Translations under genes and position numbers: made by a program
Shown: positions 1 through 12,310 of the stretch, one piece after another
Numbering within the stretch: the first letter of the stretch is position 1
Layout: every line of letters starts with the position of its first letter
Assembly (NCBI GenBank): GCA_022813865.1
Contig: JALDZX010000016.1
Location: 62,001 to 126,000 of the forward strand
Direction of reading: 5' to 3'
DNA length: 64,000 bases
DNA from: Xylographa opegraphella
Lineage: Eukaryota
The notes under the pieces: model-generated
The model's database searches: none
Told to the model about the DNA's origin: nothing
What the model saw: only the letters and a program-made list of their open reading frames with translations

Positions 1-2488
1 GCGAAATCAAGACGCTCATTTGCTCTATTGTTCAAAAGATGCCGGTGAGAATGCGAAGCACTCCAAGGCAGCTGTTGCTCATATAATGATTCTGTGCCTC
101 GGCAGGTACTGTAGCTCGAGTCTTGGAATGGGGAGTAGGCGGAAGCACGATCCCGCGTCTTCCTTGGATCTGTCCAGCTGTATTGGCTCTTGGCAGCTGA
201 TCCTCTGGAGACAACCGAAGTCGGTCTCACAATTTTGGGTGCCTCAACTGAACAGTGATTATCCACGATAGTAATAGGAGATGGTATTGGCACTTTCTTG
301 AAGTCGACGTCTTCGATAACTTGAGGATGATCTTCGAAAATGGACTCTGGTTGAATGTCCGTTGTTTGCGGGACTGGCTGAAAGGTGCTCAAATTATCTG
401 CAGTATTCATACCCAAGCTCGTAGCGGTGTATGGTTTCTGTAAACCATCGGCAAAAGTGATCGGAATTTTGATTTTGTCTTTCCACTGGTCGAGCAGCTC
501 TTGAACGGCAATTGCGAATTGTAATTGAGGAGTCTGCTCCTTAGGAGACGTGGTTTCTACGGACTTTTCCTGGTTGCTCATAGAGTTATTCATAGGCAAG
601 ACATGGTTCGTAGATAGCTCAGTGGGTTGCGCAGAATGGACAAAGTCCACGACCTGGGCTTTAGGAGCTATGTTGGGTAGCTCGGCTATGGTCACATCTT
701 CATTGTGCGGACTAGCATTCTGATCCTGGTGGTTGTGATTATCCAATTGGACACTTTCTTCAACATTTTGTATATCAGATAGTGTATCCGCAACTGATGT
801 GTTGGCCTCATGTATGGGAGTTCGGATACGTTTGTGCGGTCGTTCTATTTTGCGATGTCCAGCATGGTGCAGAACTGGTAATTCTGGAATTTGACACTTC
901 TCTCGGTCCGCTTTCCCTGGTGAGCTTTTGAACAGGTCACTCACAGTTCGCTTGTGAGGAGATGATCTTTGATTGTTTGGGCTTGTCGACCACGGAAAGT
1001 AACTTGTTGCGATAGATGGGCTTTGGCGCAAAAGCTGTTTGGCTGGCGACATGCTGGCCTTATAATTACTCGATGGCCCTGGAGAGACAGGAGGTTGTGG
1101 TCCTCTTTCTCCAAACCCCAAGAATGGTCTGATTGGAGCCTTCGCAGGTGTGGTTGAGTTCGTAGCTGTAGAGTACCTGTGTAGCTTTCGGCTCGGTGAA
1201 CGTATTGGTGGAAGTGGAAACGCATAGCCGCTATTGTTATAACTGTTCAGATCTCGCTCAGTCAGAGAGGCCTTTGTTACGGCGAAAAATCGTGAGATTT
1301 CGTCGTCATTTTCAAGTGTATTGTGCTCCCTGTGTCGCTTGCTGTGGTCTGAGTCTCGCTTTGGCACCGGTGGCTTGTCTCTATGAGTACTTAGGAAGTT
1401 TATTTCGGAAAACGAAAGGTCCGGCACTGTCACTTGGTCAGTTCCCCAACATGAGCTGGGCTCCGTAAGATCTCACATCCTCCCCGTCTGTATGGTGACG
1501 ATGCGCGGCCTTTAGTGAAGAGGCCTAAACTTGTACCAGGTCTAAGCTAGCAAGCAGTCAGCGCAACTGACCAAGAACAAGAATCTACCTAGCTAAAAAA
1601 CCATCGCCGGGTGCGCCATACTGTAAGTCTGTCCGAGGAGACATTGTCTGCTGCAAAGTTGTGAAGTAATGCAGCACCAGTCTTTTCTTTTCGTGAAGGT
1701 CTCGTAGATTTCATCGTTTTCCTTTCCTTAGGTGCTTGAACATTTGTCACACCGTGTTTCAGCTCGTATCGGTCTTCCTTCGTCTTGTGCCGTGCCCTAC
1801 GTTCATACGACTTCGATGGTTTCGCGGGAGAAGAGGCTACCTGTGACATTGATGCATCTGAAATAGCTGAGGCTAGTATCGTCAATCCTCTTTTATCACC
1901 TCGAACCTTCGCGTCGCCGTCGGGAGAATGGCCACCTCTGTCATGCTGGTAGGCGGTATGGGCATCAGCGATGGCAGGCCCAAGGTAGGAACTTGAAGAG
2001 GACGCTCGTTTCCGCTTGTTTCGCGATACTGCCACCTTCAGCTGATCATCTCCCTGGAGACCCTTCGCCTCCATATGGCGAAACGGCGCATGCAGGTCAA
2101 GTCGTTCCGCAAGTCTGGACTCATGATCAGCCTCACGTGGGCAGGAGAGTCGTCTCCACTCTATCATAAATGTATTAGCTTGTGGATCGTGCCAAAGTGT
2201 ACGCTTCCTGTGCTTAACGGGTTTTGATTTTTGTGCATGACAAAGCTCACCGCGAGTATCTTGCCCATAGGTTGCTGATCTTTGGGAAGTATTGTAGTTT
2301 CTCAGCTGCTGCTTCCGGTTTGTACCATAATCACGCTGGACTCCTGAAGAAATATGTCCTTGCTTTTGATATTGGAAATCTACTGAAGTATCATTGTTCG
2401 GAAGATCTCGACGAGCATGACCACATTTCCGTTCCTGATTTTCCAACCATTTCTGTATTGAGTTCCTTGGCGAAAGAGGCTGCTCCAT
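1..2488 (-). CDS. Conserved fungal hypothetical protein, 3' end runs off the left edge of the window
   Basis: ORF 1589-2575 spliced via introns 1621-1547 and 1476-1427 gives ...FAADNVSSDRLT/LRPGTSLGLFTKGRASSPYRRGG/LPDLSFSEINFL...EISRFF, a motif string I recall from uncharacterised Pezizomycotina proteins. Start ATG at 2488 is uncertain. Confidence 0.7.
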
Positions 2489-3840
2489 TGATATTTCAGC
2501 AAAATTACAGAAGCGGTCAAGAAACCATTGCGCAGAAGCTAGAGGTCTAGAAGGAGAAGATTGGAGGGTTTCCACCCAATATGAAGCAGCTAGGTTGAAA
2601 AACAGAGCTCAATGTGTCACGAGATTTGGGAAAGAAGGCACGGTAGGAACAGCGAATGCCCAGATCGGGAAGGTCGAATCGGCTGGGGAGGAGAATTCTG
2701 TGATCACCACAACAGAGAAGCTCGCTGAGCTCAGCTCTCATGTTGGGACCATCTCCGGGCCCAGCTCAGTTCATCTTGCCTTCGTGTGAGATGGGGTTCC
2801 ACTTAAGGAGACTTAGCAACAGATTGACAGACGTCACTGAATACAAGGCTACTGATATTGGTGTGCACCAATTCAGGGGAGCATTCCGTGTGGGATCGCA
2901 TGACTTGTCATCATAATATAGTGGGGAATCTTGTAGACAGCGACAGGACACTGGTTCGAGGATTCGAGGGAGTGCCTTATCTCGCTACAGATCTCAATGT
3001 ATGGAGCGGCCGCATACTGCAACTGATGTTCACTCAATCTGTCAGTCATCCACGGCACGCTTGCCTACATCCGCCCAGCCCACACAAAGGGCGTATCGGA
3101 AACATCTGAACGAGATAGAACACAAGGCTGCCCGCAGCTATCTCTGACATGAAACGGTCCGTACAGCCAGATGCAGATGGCCGAAGAGCAGTTATGTCGT
3201 CTCAGGTAAGGAGAGCGGGGCACATGAGGGTTCAGCCCTAGATAGCTTGGCAAGTTAAGCGAAGGGAGCACGACAGAAAGTGCACGCACGCACGGCTGTG
3301 ATGGACGCGCCTGCTGGAGATAGCAGGTCGTCTCCGTCGTGCGCTGTTGTGACTCGTGGGTATTCTAGGGAGAGCGCCTCATTCTTCTTTCGGCTTCCAC
3401 CGGAGACGGCCAAGTATGAATCTGGAGTCGTGGAAGGTTGAAGGGATCGATCGGGAGCATGCAGCCCCTTCTGAAGCAGAGATCACGATGCTCATAGCTG
3501 CACCCTGTGTCTGTAGTCACTCTGTACCGCAGGGCAATTGGCTGTTTTTGCACTCATGGACGCAGAATCGGGCACTGTGGACTCAGCGATAGGCTGCAGG
3601 CGGTCTGGACACCTGCAAGCCCTTTACGGTACTCCGTTGGTAGAGTCACCTTACCTGCGATTGCTGCGTCCTCCGCATTGGCCAGGTATGATGCATTAGC
3701 GCCACGCCAGCCATCGGTATTGGATGCAGGGCTCTGCCGGTTGACTTGCTCCACCGCCGACAGAGATTCTTCCTTAGCTCGCAGTCAATCAGGATTTGCT
3801 CGTACGGGGGGGATGTTGGCACGCCCTCGCTCTGACTCTT

Positions 3841-3890
3841 GGGGGCAAACTGGTGGAGGGTGACGGGGGGCAAACTGGTGGAGGGTGACG
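3841..3890. repeat. Perfect 25-bp tandem duplication
   Basis: GGGGGCAAACTGGTGGAGGGTGACG occurs at 3841-3865 and 3866-3890. Confidence 0.95.
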
Positions 3891-4487
3891 CGGGGCCAGC
3901 ATTGGTAGCAAGACTCAGGGAACTCAGAGAGGACGTGTCTCCGTAGTTCGTGGGTCTGGATGTTCTTGCACCGTTCGGCGATGCTGATGACCGCCACTCG
4001 AAGCCAGATCGGAAAACCTTTCAAGCCTGCTGCTCCGTCCTCCAAGAATGACGCCTATCCTAAACAGGCCTTAGCCTCGAGGCCATTGTCCCATGGCGGG
4101 GTGAAGTGAAGAGCTACGCTCGTCCCGCTTTTCTTCTCCCAACCTTCACCTTTGAGAAAACATCAACCACGGTTTCGCTCAGAAACAATTTTCACCCTCC
4201 AAATCCTATCTGTGCCCATTCAGACGCGCAAAGCTCTACTCCATACGATTCCGACTCCGAAGATCCAGCTTGAGAATGTTCGTCTGCTGTCCCTAACCTC
4301 CACTGATCGTGACGTTCTTTGCTTCTCTCCGCCGGCCATGTACTGCCAAGATGTAACCTCAGTGTTCTGTTCTGTCATGCGTGTCTCTTCGTTGCCTTCC
4401 ATGGCCGCGTCTGCGTGTGCTACATGAAGGACGGGAAATTGAGACCTTTTGCTAGACTGAAAATTGATACGAACCCGACAACACAAC

Positions 4488-5256
4488 ATGTCCAAATTAT
4501 TCATTGGGTAAGTTGATTCTGTCTTGCCGTCCGAACTTTACGTACTGATATCGAGATAGTGGCCTTGCGTGGCACACCGATGATGGTGCGCTTCGTGCGA
4601 AGTTTGAAGAGTTTGGCCAAGTTGAGGAAGCTGTACATATCAGTCGTCTACGGATGACGAACCACTTCTGACAAACATGACCAGATCGTTGTCAAGGACC
4701 GTGATACGGGGCGTAGTCGTGGATTCGGCTTCGTTCGTTACGGCCAGGAGTCCGATGCTGATGCCGCCATCAACTCCATGAACAACGTAGAGTAAGTCTG
4801 ACGACGTGGTGTTGCACATCATAACACAAAACTTAAATTACGCTAGGTTTGATGGTCGTACCATTCGTGTTGATAAGGCCTCCGAGCGCGGCTCCGGTGG
4901 CGGTGGAGGCGGCGGTGGCTTCGGAGGTGGCCGTGGCGGAGGCTATGGTGCTCCTCGCGGCGGAGGTGGAGGATACGGTGGCGGAGGATATGGTATGATC
5001 GTATTGCAGGCTGTCATGTATCCATGCTTACAGGAACAGGTGGTGGTGGAGGGAACTATTCTGACCGCGGACAGGGTGGAGGTGAGGGTGATATTTCTTA
5101 AATATATTCCACGCCGAACACTTTGCTCATGATTTCATAGGATACGGAGGCAGCGGTGGCGGAGGACAGCACTACTCTGGTGGTGGACAGTCTTATGGTG
5201 GCGGCCAATCCGGATACGACAACCAGCAGCAAGGCGGTGGTGGCGGCCGTTGGTAA
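4488..5256 (+). CDS. Glycine-rich RNA-binding protein (single RRM plus GGY/RGG tail)
   Basis: Six exons splice to [50 protein letters not shown]...[16 protein letters not shown] plus a Gly-rich tail. RNP2 and RNP1 are present; TAA at 5254-5256. Confidence 0.93.
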
Positions 5257-6011
5257 CCACTGTTCGCTCAGATTTCCGACACGACCTCAGCTTGCGCGAC
5301 CAGAAATGAATCGATCAAAAATTGCAGGACAACATGGAAATGGCTTGATGGATAGCGACAAAAGGAAAGAATGTGTGGACCGACATGGGCTAGTTTGGCA
5401 TCAGGATCTCTCTTTGGATATGCCATTGGCATATTCAACTCCGATCCTGCACTGTCAGACTGGACTTGACTGTTTGATCTTTTAGACCTCGAAGTGCTCT
5501 CGGTCTTGGCGTTTTCAGCGTAGGCGCAGCCGTGGAGGACGATATTTTGACGCTCGAAACGGATATCCCAACACCTTTTCTTATGTTACACACAATTACT
5601 CCAAAAGCAGAAGCACGATTCCCTTGGTTCTCTACTTACACTTGCGTTGGATTTTCCGCTTCAACACGGGCACTGTCTACGAACTCCTAGATAGCTCATA
5701 CCTGCAAGGGTGTAGTAGGCGGAAATCTTGCAAACACTTCACTCTTACTGCGGTTCTGTGACAGTCTCGATTCACGAAGGCCTGCGCTGAGCTGACTCAG
5801 TCAAGGACAGTTGTGGTAATGTTTATGGTCATGGCTGCGCGAAGATTGTATTGGACCACAGAATACACCTTGGAGCCGAAATATGTGTTACGACTCGAAC
5901 TCCATGTTTGTATAAGCGTCAGTCTGCGGTAATTGAATGCGTTTTACGAATTACGAATTTCGTACCGGGTTCTCGAGTTGCAAACCCCAGCCCAATGAAA
6001 GCGATGTTATT

Positions 6012-7000
6012 CTACTTGTCTTCCACTTCCTCCTGGTGTCCGCTGTCCTGGCCGCTCCCAAATCTTTTGGCTTCAGCTACTACGGCACTCTCTGTGATGT
6101 TCGCTTTCTCCTTGGACGTCCATACTTGAATTCTTCGAACACGTTCAGCGAGATCTTGCACATGTTCATCCCCGCTCTCCGTTCCGAGTTCCTTCAGTGC
6201 TTGCTCCAGCATGAACAGGTATTCGACATTCTCCCCACTTGGCCCTCTACTTCGACTTATATGCTTGGCAAGTGCTTGCGGTTCTTGGGGCCCAATGAAC
6301 TGGGGATTATCGGGGAGACCGATGTAGACCAAGCATTTTATTGAGGGTAAGTCTCTGTCTGATGGCCAGAATGGTGTGTACTGGATGCTGTAACCATTGA
6401 TTTCACGGATGTCGAGGTAGTCCTGTACTTCTGTGACTTTCGAGGCTTCTATTCGATATGCAGCGCCCCATACTCGTTCTGCACTACTTGCATGCTGCAC
6501 TCAACAGTCAGAGAGCGGTCGGCTTACCTTAGTCTATGCCGCAATACGTACAGAGTCGACTAGTGTCTCCCAAAAGGATTTTTCGATCAAGGTAACTACT
6601 CTACCAGGAGCCTCCGGGGTCCCTCTATGATCCTCACTTATCAAATGTCAGATGTATTCCGACATGACAAAATCATACTGACCTCGCCTATGGCTACTAA
6701 TCAGCCATTCACGAAGCGGTGGACATCATGAAGATTCGTCTATACCTGCCAAAATCTCCTTACATAGCCTTCTACGAAGCCTGAAACTCTCCTATCTACG
6801 TAGTAGTGTATTCGAGCTTAGGAAACGAACCACTATTATGCTAGAGTGAAGCAGACTTTCATACCATAGTGGGGCGGTGGTCTCCATATCAAGCTCCTGG
6901 AAGTGAATCAATGAATAGACGACGTCGATGTCATTCACAGGGACACCAACCCATAGCCAAACAGCCAGAACTCCTCGGCTTCTTCCTGTTCTCGGCCCAT
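6012..7000 (-). CDS. ChaC-family glutathione-specific gamma-glutamylcyclotransferase
   Basis: Spliced: WLFGYGSLIWRPP...[26 protein letters not shown]...VWGAAY...YLDIREINGY...GPSGENVEYL. Includes a 5-nt micro-exon at 6683-6687. Confidence 0.92.
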
Positions 7001-7347
7001 TCTGAAGCAATGCTCACTCGCCGGATAGCTCTTTATCAGGGACGAAGGCCAGTGCTGTTGGAGCTTTCCAGTGGGTCGGAGTTGGAAGGAAGGTTTCACA
7101 GCCTGACCATACGTCAGCCGCATGATGTACCACGCTGCCACATTCGTCCAACCACGTTTTCGCCCTGACTCACTCTCTTGGAGAGAATTGTTTTTATTGA
7201 GATGTCATTGAAGGCCTTGCCTCAAACAAGAATCTGCAATGCTTTGAGTTGAGATCTGCATACGGCCTGTGGTAGGATTGTCGGTACAGAGTATATCACC
7301 AACTAGCTCGGGGTATCTCTAGTAAGAAGAGCATCTGTTCGCATGGT

Positions 7348-8480
7348 ATGGCTTATAATATTGCTTTCAATCCGGATGCCTTACCAGCGTAAGTATCTAC
7401 TCAATCTCTTGGAGGTCTCCGATGCGAATAGCTGACGAAATGTTCAGGCACGCCGAACCAGATCAAGTGTGATCTTCTACATCAGATCAATCGTTTTAGA
7501 GCTCATACTATCAATAGGCAGCCCAAATGCTAGCTCAACAAGTCGAGCAGCAACCTCCTCCATCGTTGCGCCCACACTCGAATTCGAATAGTGCTGCCCC
7601 AAGTCCTTACCAACCACCCTCATATCACAATAAACCGCCACCTCCAATTCCACAAAATCCTCAATACACACAGCCGCAATATCAACGACATTCTCCAAAC
7701 CGGGCCAGTCTGAGTACCCCCTATACTCCGCATGAACGGCCCTATTCTCCGGCCTCTCAGAATAATCACAACGTGAATCACGCGTATGCTCAGCCTGGCC
7801 GATCACCACCTCCACAACGCCCGGCAACAACGCAGCCGGTCAACGGAAATGCTGCGTTATTTCCTCTGTTTAAAGCTGTAGACAAAAGGGGAACAGGACA
7901 ACTCACTGAGGAAGAGCTTCGAGCCGCGCTTCTCAATGAAGACTTCTCAAACTTCGATCTACACACCGTGAAGATGATGATCCGTATGTTCGACACAGAC
8001 CGGAGTGGCACAATCGGCTTCGAGGAGTTCTGGTAAGTCATACCGAATTGCAGCCGAACAATGACAAGCAATGCACGGTCTCTTCTGCTGACTCGCCCTC
8101 CAGTGCCCTCTGGGGCTTTCTCGCAGCTTGGCGCGCCCTCTTCGACCGCTTCGACGAAGATCGCAGTGGTAGCATATCCTATGATGAGTACCACAAAGCC
8201 GTGACTGCGTTCGGCTACCATCTATCAACTCAGTTTGTGACGATCCTTTACCGACTATACGACAAGAAGGGAACGAACAGCATGAGCTTCGATATGTTTG
8301 TACAAAGCTGCATTAGTCTGAAGCGGATGACGGATATTTTCAAGAAGTATGATACGGACAGGGATGGCTACATAACGCTCAGCTTCGAGGAGTTCTTAAC
8401 AGGTTGGTAACTGCACTTCCTGAGGATGGTGGCAATCTTTGCTGACGCTTTTCTAACCAGAGATCCTCCAGCAACGGTGA
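7348..8480 (+). CDS. PEF1: Penta-EF-hand calcium-binding protein (peflin/ALG-2 like)
   Basis: MAYNIAFNPDALPAHAEPDQ start and Pro/Gln-rich N-terminus, then EF hands VDKRGTGQLTEEEL, FDTDRSGTIGFEEF, FDEDRSGSISYDEY and YDTDRDGYITLSFEEF. Four introns. Confidence 0.92.
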
Positions 8481-9339
8481 TTCTGCTGTAGAAACGGGAT
8501 TGACATATACGGGGAGGTCTGCAATTTAGCACTGGCGCTGAAATGGTGAATGTCCGAGGCGACATGCGGTGACTTGGTTATTTCAATACCTTTTTTGATA
8601 CCCTGTTAAGGACATATGCATCCGTTGAACATTACCTTACACTATGCTTTCAGTGGTTCGTCGATCTGTGTATCGGACCTATATATGACATATTTCTACA
8701 GTCTTGCTGACACTTTTCTCCGTAATTCCATGTTGTCGCAGTTGTGGTCAACCTTGCTTGTCGAATGCTGAATGGCCGATGCTAACTATAATGAGGGCTG
8801 GAATAATAGTATCATTGCTTATTATACCCGGTATCGTCTCCTCGGTTTATGAAGCTCCGAAAGATGCAGAGGAGTACGACTACGATGACTGCTCTGGCCG
8901 GGCCTACGAGAATTCGAATACTGGCTATGGTATAAATTTACGCTTTACGTGGTCCAACTTGTTTCTTTTCGCGACGGTTTCGACGACGGGAGTTGGTCGA
9001 TTAGCCATGCGGTTTGCAGGATTTTGATTGCCCAGGAGTATTCCGTGTTTATATTCATATCGAGTGTTTCTATTTTTTCTTTCATCTCTGTTTTTGTTTT
9101 TCATTATACATCATGATGCACCTTTTCGACCTAGTATTACTCAAAACTCCAGGGACTTTTTATCAACTTCAAACATTCAATCGTGTCTTCGGCCTCGAGT
9201 GCTGCCGTATTTTCCAAAATCCACGTCAAGGCTCAGTGCGCAATCCAATAAAAGAGCCAAAGACTATATGCAGCGATTTGGAAGAGGCCAGGAAGACGAC
9301 TTCTATAAGGCGCTTATAACGCAAAGTCCGTGACGGTCT

Positions 9340-9790
9340 CAGTGAGAAAAGCAACAGCTGGGTGGAGGAGTTTCCGACCTATATAAATTCCATGCGAAGT
9401 TGTACTACAAAGAACATAGCATCGCGATTGCTGACATCCGATCTATGATTCGGAAGATCCTTGATATTGCCCAAGAGCTACTACTTAATAAGCTCGAAAG
9501 ACAACGTTCTTCGTATCTAATAACCCGTGACCCAACACTTTTCAAGGATAACATGGCATGGTCAGTCAACCACCATTGTTTCCATAACATTGTTAGGACC
9601 GAGCAGCATACAGAGGGTACACTGCAGCGCATGCTTCAAAATTTACAGAACAATGGCATCAGATCGGAAATTTCTAGTTGCCTGCAATAGCGTTATAACC
9701 TTCTCGGCCGCAGGGATAAATTATTACGCAGGAGCAACCCAACGATTCTTGGATCATCTCATGGTCGCTATACATCTTACGTGCTATTTA
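9340..9790 (+). pseudogene. Frameshifted fragment resembling the N-terminal region of fungal telomere-linked/RecQ-helicase-associated proteins
   Basis: LYYKEHSIAIADIRSMIRKILDIAQELL...FKDNMAW...HCF, then after a frameshift INYYAGATQRFLDHLMVAIHLT. This matches the recalled pattern YL..V..FLE.LL.L.H.TxGQPARG and is truncated just before GQPARG. Confidence 0.55.
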
Positions 9791-11099
9791 TGGCTACTTC
9801 GTCTGCCGGCTTTAGAAGATAACAATGACATCCATCGAAATCATCGCCTTAGGGTTAGTATGGGAGAAAGCTTTCTAGGGTAGGGAAAGGTCGGATTGAG
9901 GGGAAATCCACGCCGGACGAGATCTGAGAAGATTGATATCGACAACGCCCTGTGTATATGGAGTGGCTGGACTGATCATGGGCTCAAACGCCGCTGGGTG
10001 TGGGTCAGCCGGTTATCGTTGTTGGAATTGCGGGCTATATATGTCCTGGGATCCTCGTACATAGCTGGTATTGTATGGGTGAGGTTGTCGCGTTGTTGCT
10101 CCTGGCTAGCTGATGGGATCCACTCTGATCTACATGGACCTCCTTCCGAATCTCAAGTACCTTGGTTTGTCAATTGTTGGAAGACTGACTAGGCACTGAG
10201 ACTTCTGAGGATGAGTTACAGATACGAGTTCTGAGTATTATCCTCCGGCTTGTTATATACGATCCGGATCAACACAGCCCATGCCTCGGGACCGAATGCA
10301 AATTCGTCATATACTTACATGGGTTTCCAGGAGTACGAAGAAGAAGAAGCGCGCTGCTATGCTCGTTGGGCTTCTAAGGAAGAATGATATCAGTCGGATC
10401 GCACGGTCGTGGAACTAGTGTTAGGACTCCTAGTTGATGGTGCGGCTGACTGGAAAGACCGTATTGGATATCTGAAAGGCACTCGTTTCAGGCTTACTAA
10501 GAAGCCCTTTCGGTGAACAAGAGTCGTTTGATTCGTTACGACAAATACCCAATATAAGCTTAAGGACGGGGATGCAAGGCGGTCGGGAATTTACAACAGC
10601 TGTTGGGCCGTCATCCATGGGTCTCGAATCACTGGCTGCGATGCTCGGCTGCATGCCATGCGGAAGACGAGACACGTAAACGCAACGACCCCCAAGGGGA
10701 TTCGGTTGGTATGAAGATTCCTCGTGGCACTAATATGGTGCTGTTCACGGAAGAGCCCAAAAGCCGAAAGTCGAAAAGATCGAGCCTGAGACGATACTTT
10801 GGATTGGAGTAGTTATGGGACAATCATGGTTCAAAAAACCGTGTATTCACCGGAGATGTGGAGGGCATTGTTATCTACAGCTGAAAGCTTGTCATGCGGG
10901 ACAATGATGCTGCAGCGTTCAAAAGTCGGTTTGGTATCATGAGGTCAGCGGAAGCCATGCGAGAGCCTCTGAATGTCTGCCGTATTATTTACCAGCTGAA
11001 GTTATCGAGTTCAATCAGCTGAGCTCGGCGTGTCCACTAGGTCTGCGCGATAGGAAGGTTGTCGACGAAACGTTCGATGTTCTATAAGATCAAGGACGC

Positions 11100-11360
11100 C
11101 TCGAATGGGCCAGATTCGCCACGACCTAAAAACATCCTGCCTTCGCTGCATGGAAAACTCTACTTATTGGAGAAAAGAAAGGTCGAGTCGTGTCGACATC
11201 AGAGGCCTTAACCAGTTAGTCGTCCCGGATGCATATCCCGCTTGCACGGCAGTCAGATATTATAGCATCAGTCAAAGGCCGCACGTTCATATCAGCAGTG
11301 GACTGTGCCTTCTTCTTCTACCACGGCTAATCCCTCAGATTCCACAAAGATATTATATCG
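11100..11360 (+). mobile_element. Ty3/gypsy reverse-transcriptase remnant
   Basis: VDIRGLNQLVVPDAYP, then a frameshift into QSDIIASVKGRTFISAVDCAFFFY. This equals the gypsy RT 'VDYR.LN...D.YPLP...D....FYQ' block. Confidence 0.85.
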
Positions 11361-11599
11361 CTGGTCTCTTACTATATAACCTCCACCTTGATCGGTACTA
11401 CTGCCCTGCTCAGTCGTGAGGCTCCTTTTTGGCTCCAGTACCTGTAGAAGTTGAATCATTTTGGAAGGACGACTCGGACAGGGTCTGGATCTAAACAACC
11501 ATCGTGGGGCCTACCAGATTGTCGAGATACCCTAACAGCTCGCTTCCCAATCGGTACCTATCTGCGCCACGAACGCGTTCTTCAGTAAGAGTACCCGAC

Positions 11600-11850
11600 G
11601 CTTGAGGCTGCCGGTGCCATTGTCAACATGGGCAAGCACATATATTACCGGGACGTTTACGCATTCGTCGATCGATTTACGAGCATGGCGGAGCTGAAGG
11701 GAGAAGCTACCATTCGAGACATCCTTCCCTCATGTCTGAGAGGTGCTGCACACGCCTGGCACTCCCTCGAGTTGAGTTCGATGGAGAAGGATCTTCGAAG
11801 GGACACAACGTTGAACAAGATCGGTACGCTACTGATCAGACGGTTTCAAG
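11600..11850 (+). mobile_element. Fungal Ty3/gypsy gag-like remnant
   Basis: GKHIYYRDVYAFVDRF...KGEATIRDILPSCLRGAAHAWHSLELSSMEK...LLIRRF, with the CLRG.A..W capsid-type motif. Confidence 0.7.
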
Positions 11851-11869
11851 GAACGAGTGTCGAGACCGA

Positions 11870-12170
11870 CGGCGATACCATTTCTCCCCGGGAGACCCAA
11901 TGGTACGGCTACGACTTCTTCACGTTGTCTCGACCCATCGGATTAATCCTATTTGGAAACAAAATAACCTGTGGTCTATCACTCCGGAAATAGGAATAAC
12001 AGAGTGCATACAATTTTTTCCATCCATTAGCCTGTCCGCGCAAGGATTGGAAAGCGGTGGGCGAGATTAAGTGCTAGGGTTTAACTCGACGACGTTTTGA
12101 GCGCAGAGACACAACATCGGCGGAATTAACGGAGTACAGTACCATTTATCGACCGACGCCTCCAAAACTA
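11870..12170 (+). mobile_element. Decayed 3' end of gypsy pol (integrase C-terminal region)
   Basis: FSPGD..VRLRL and RVHTIFSIH resemble the F..GD.V.LRL and RIHPVFS motifs. Contains stops and frameshifts; leads into a polypurine tract. Confidence 0.5.
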
Positions 12171-12185
12171 GGCTAGAAGGGGTAC

Positions 12186-12310
12186 TGTTTCAGCTTCCTA
12201 AGCTACCTTCCTGACCTGCTTTCCGAACAAAACCTTTCTGAACCTGACCTTTCTGAACCCAATATATCCGAACCTCACTTTACCTGCACATTAATGCATC
12301 CTGCATAACG
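12186..12310 (+). mobile_element. Putative degenerate 3' LTR
   Basis: A purine tract (AGGCTAGAAGGGG) precedes TGTTTCAG. The end CTGCATAACG is an imperfect inverted repeat of the start. Internal short repeats ACCTTTCTGAACC. Confidence 0.5.

Noticed and set aside
8791..9027. Small secreted protein (MRAGIIVSLLIIPGIVSS...)
   Set aside because: Signal-peptide-like start only; lies at the edge of decayed DNA with no supporting gene structure.
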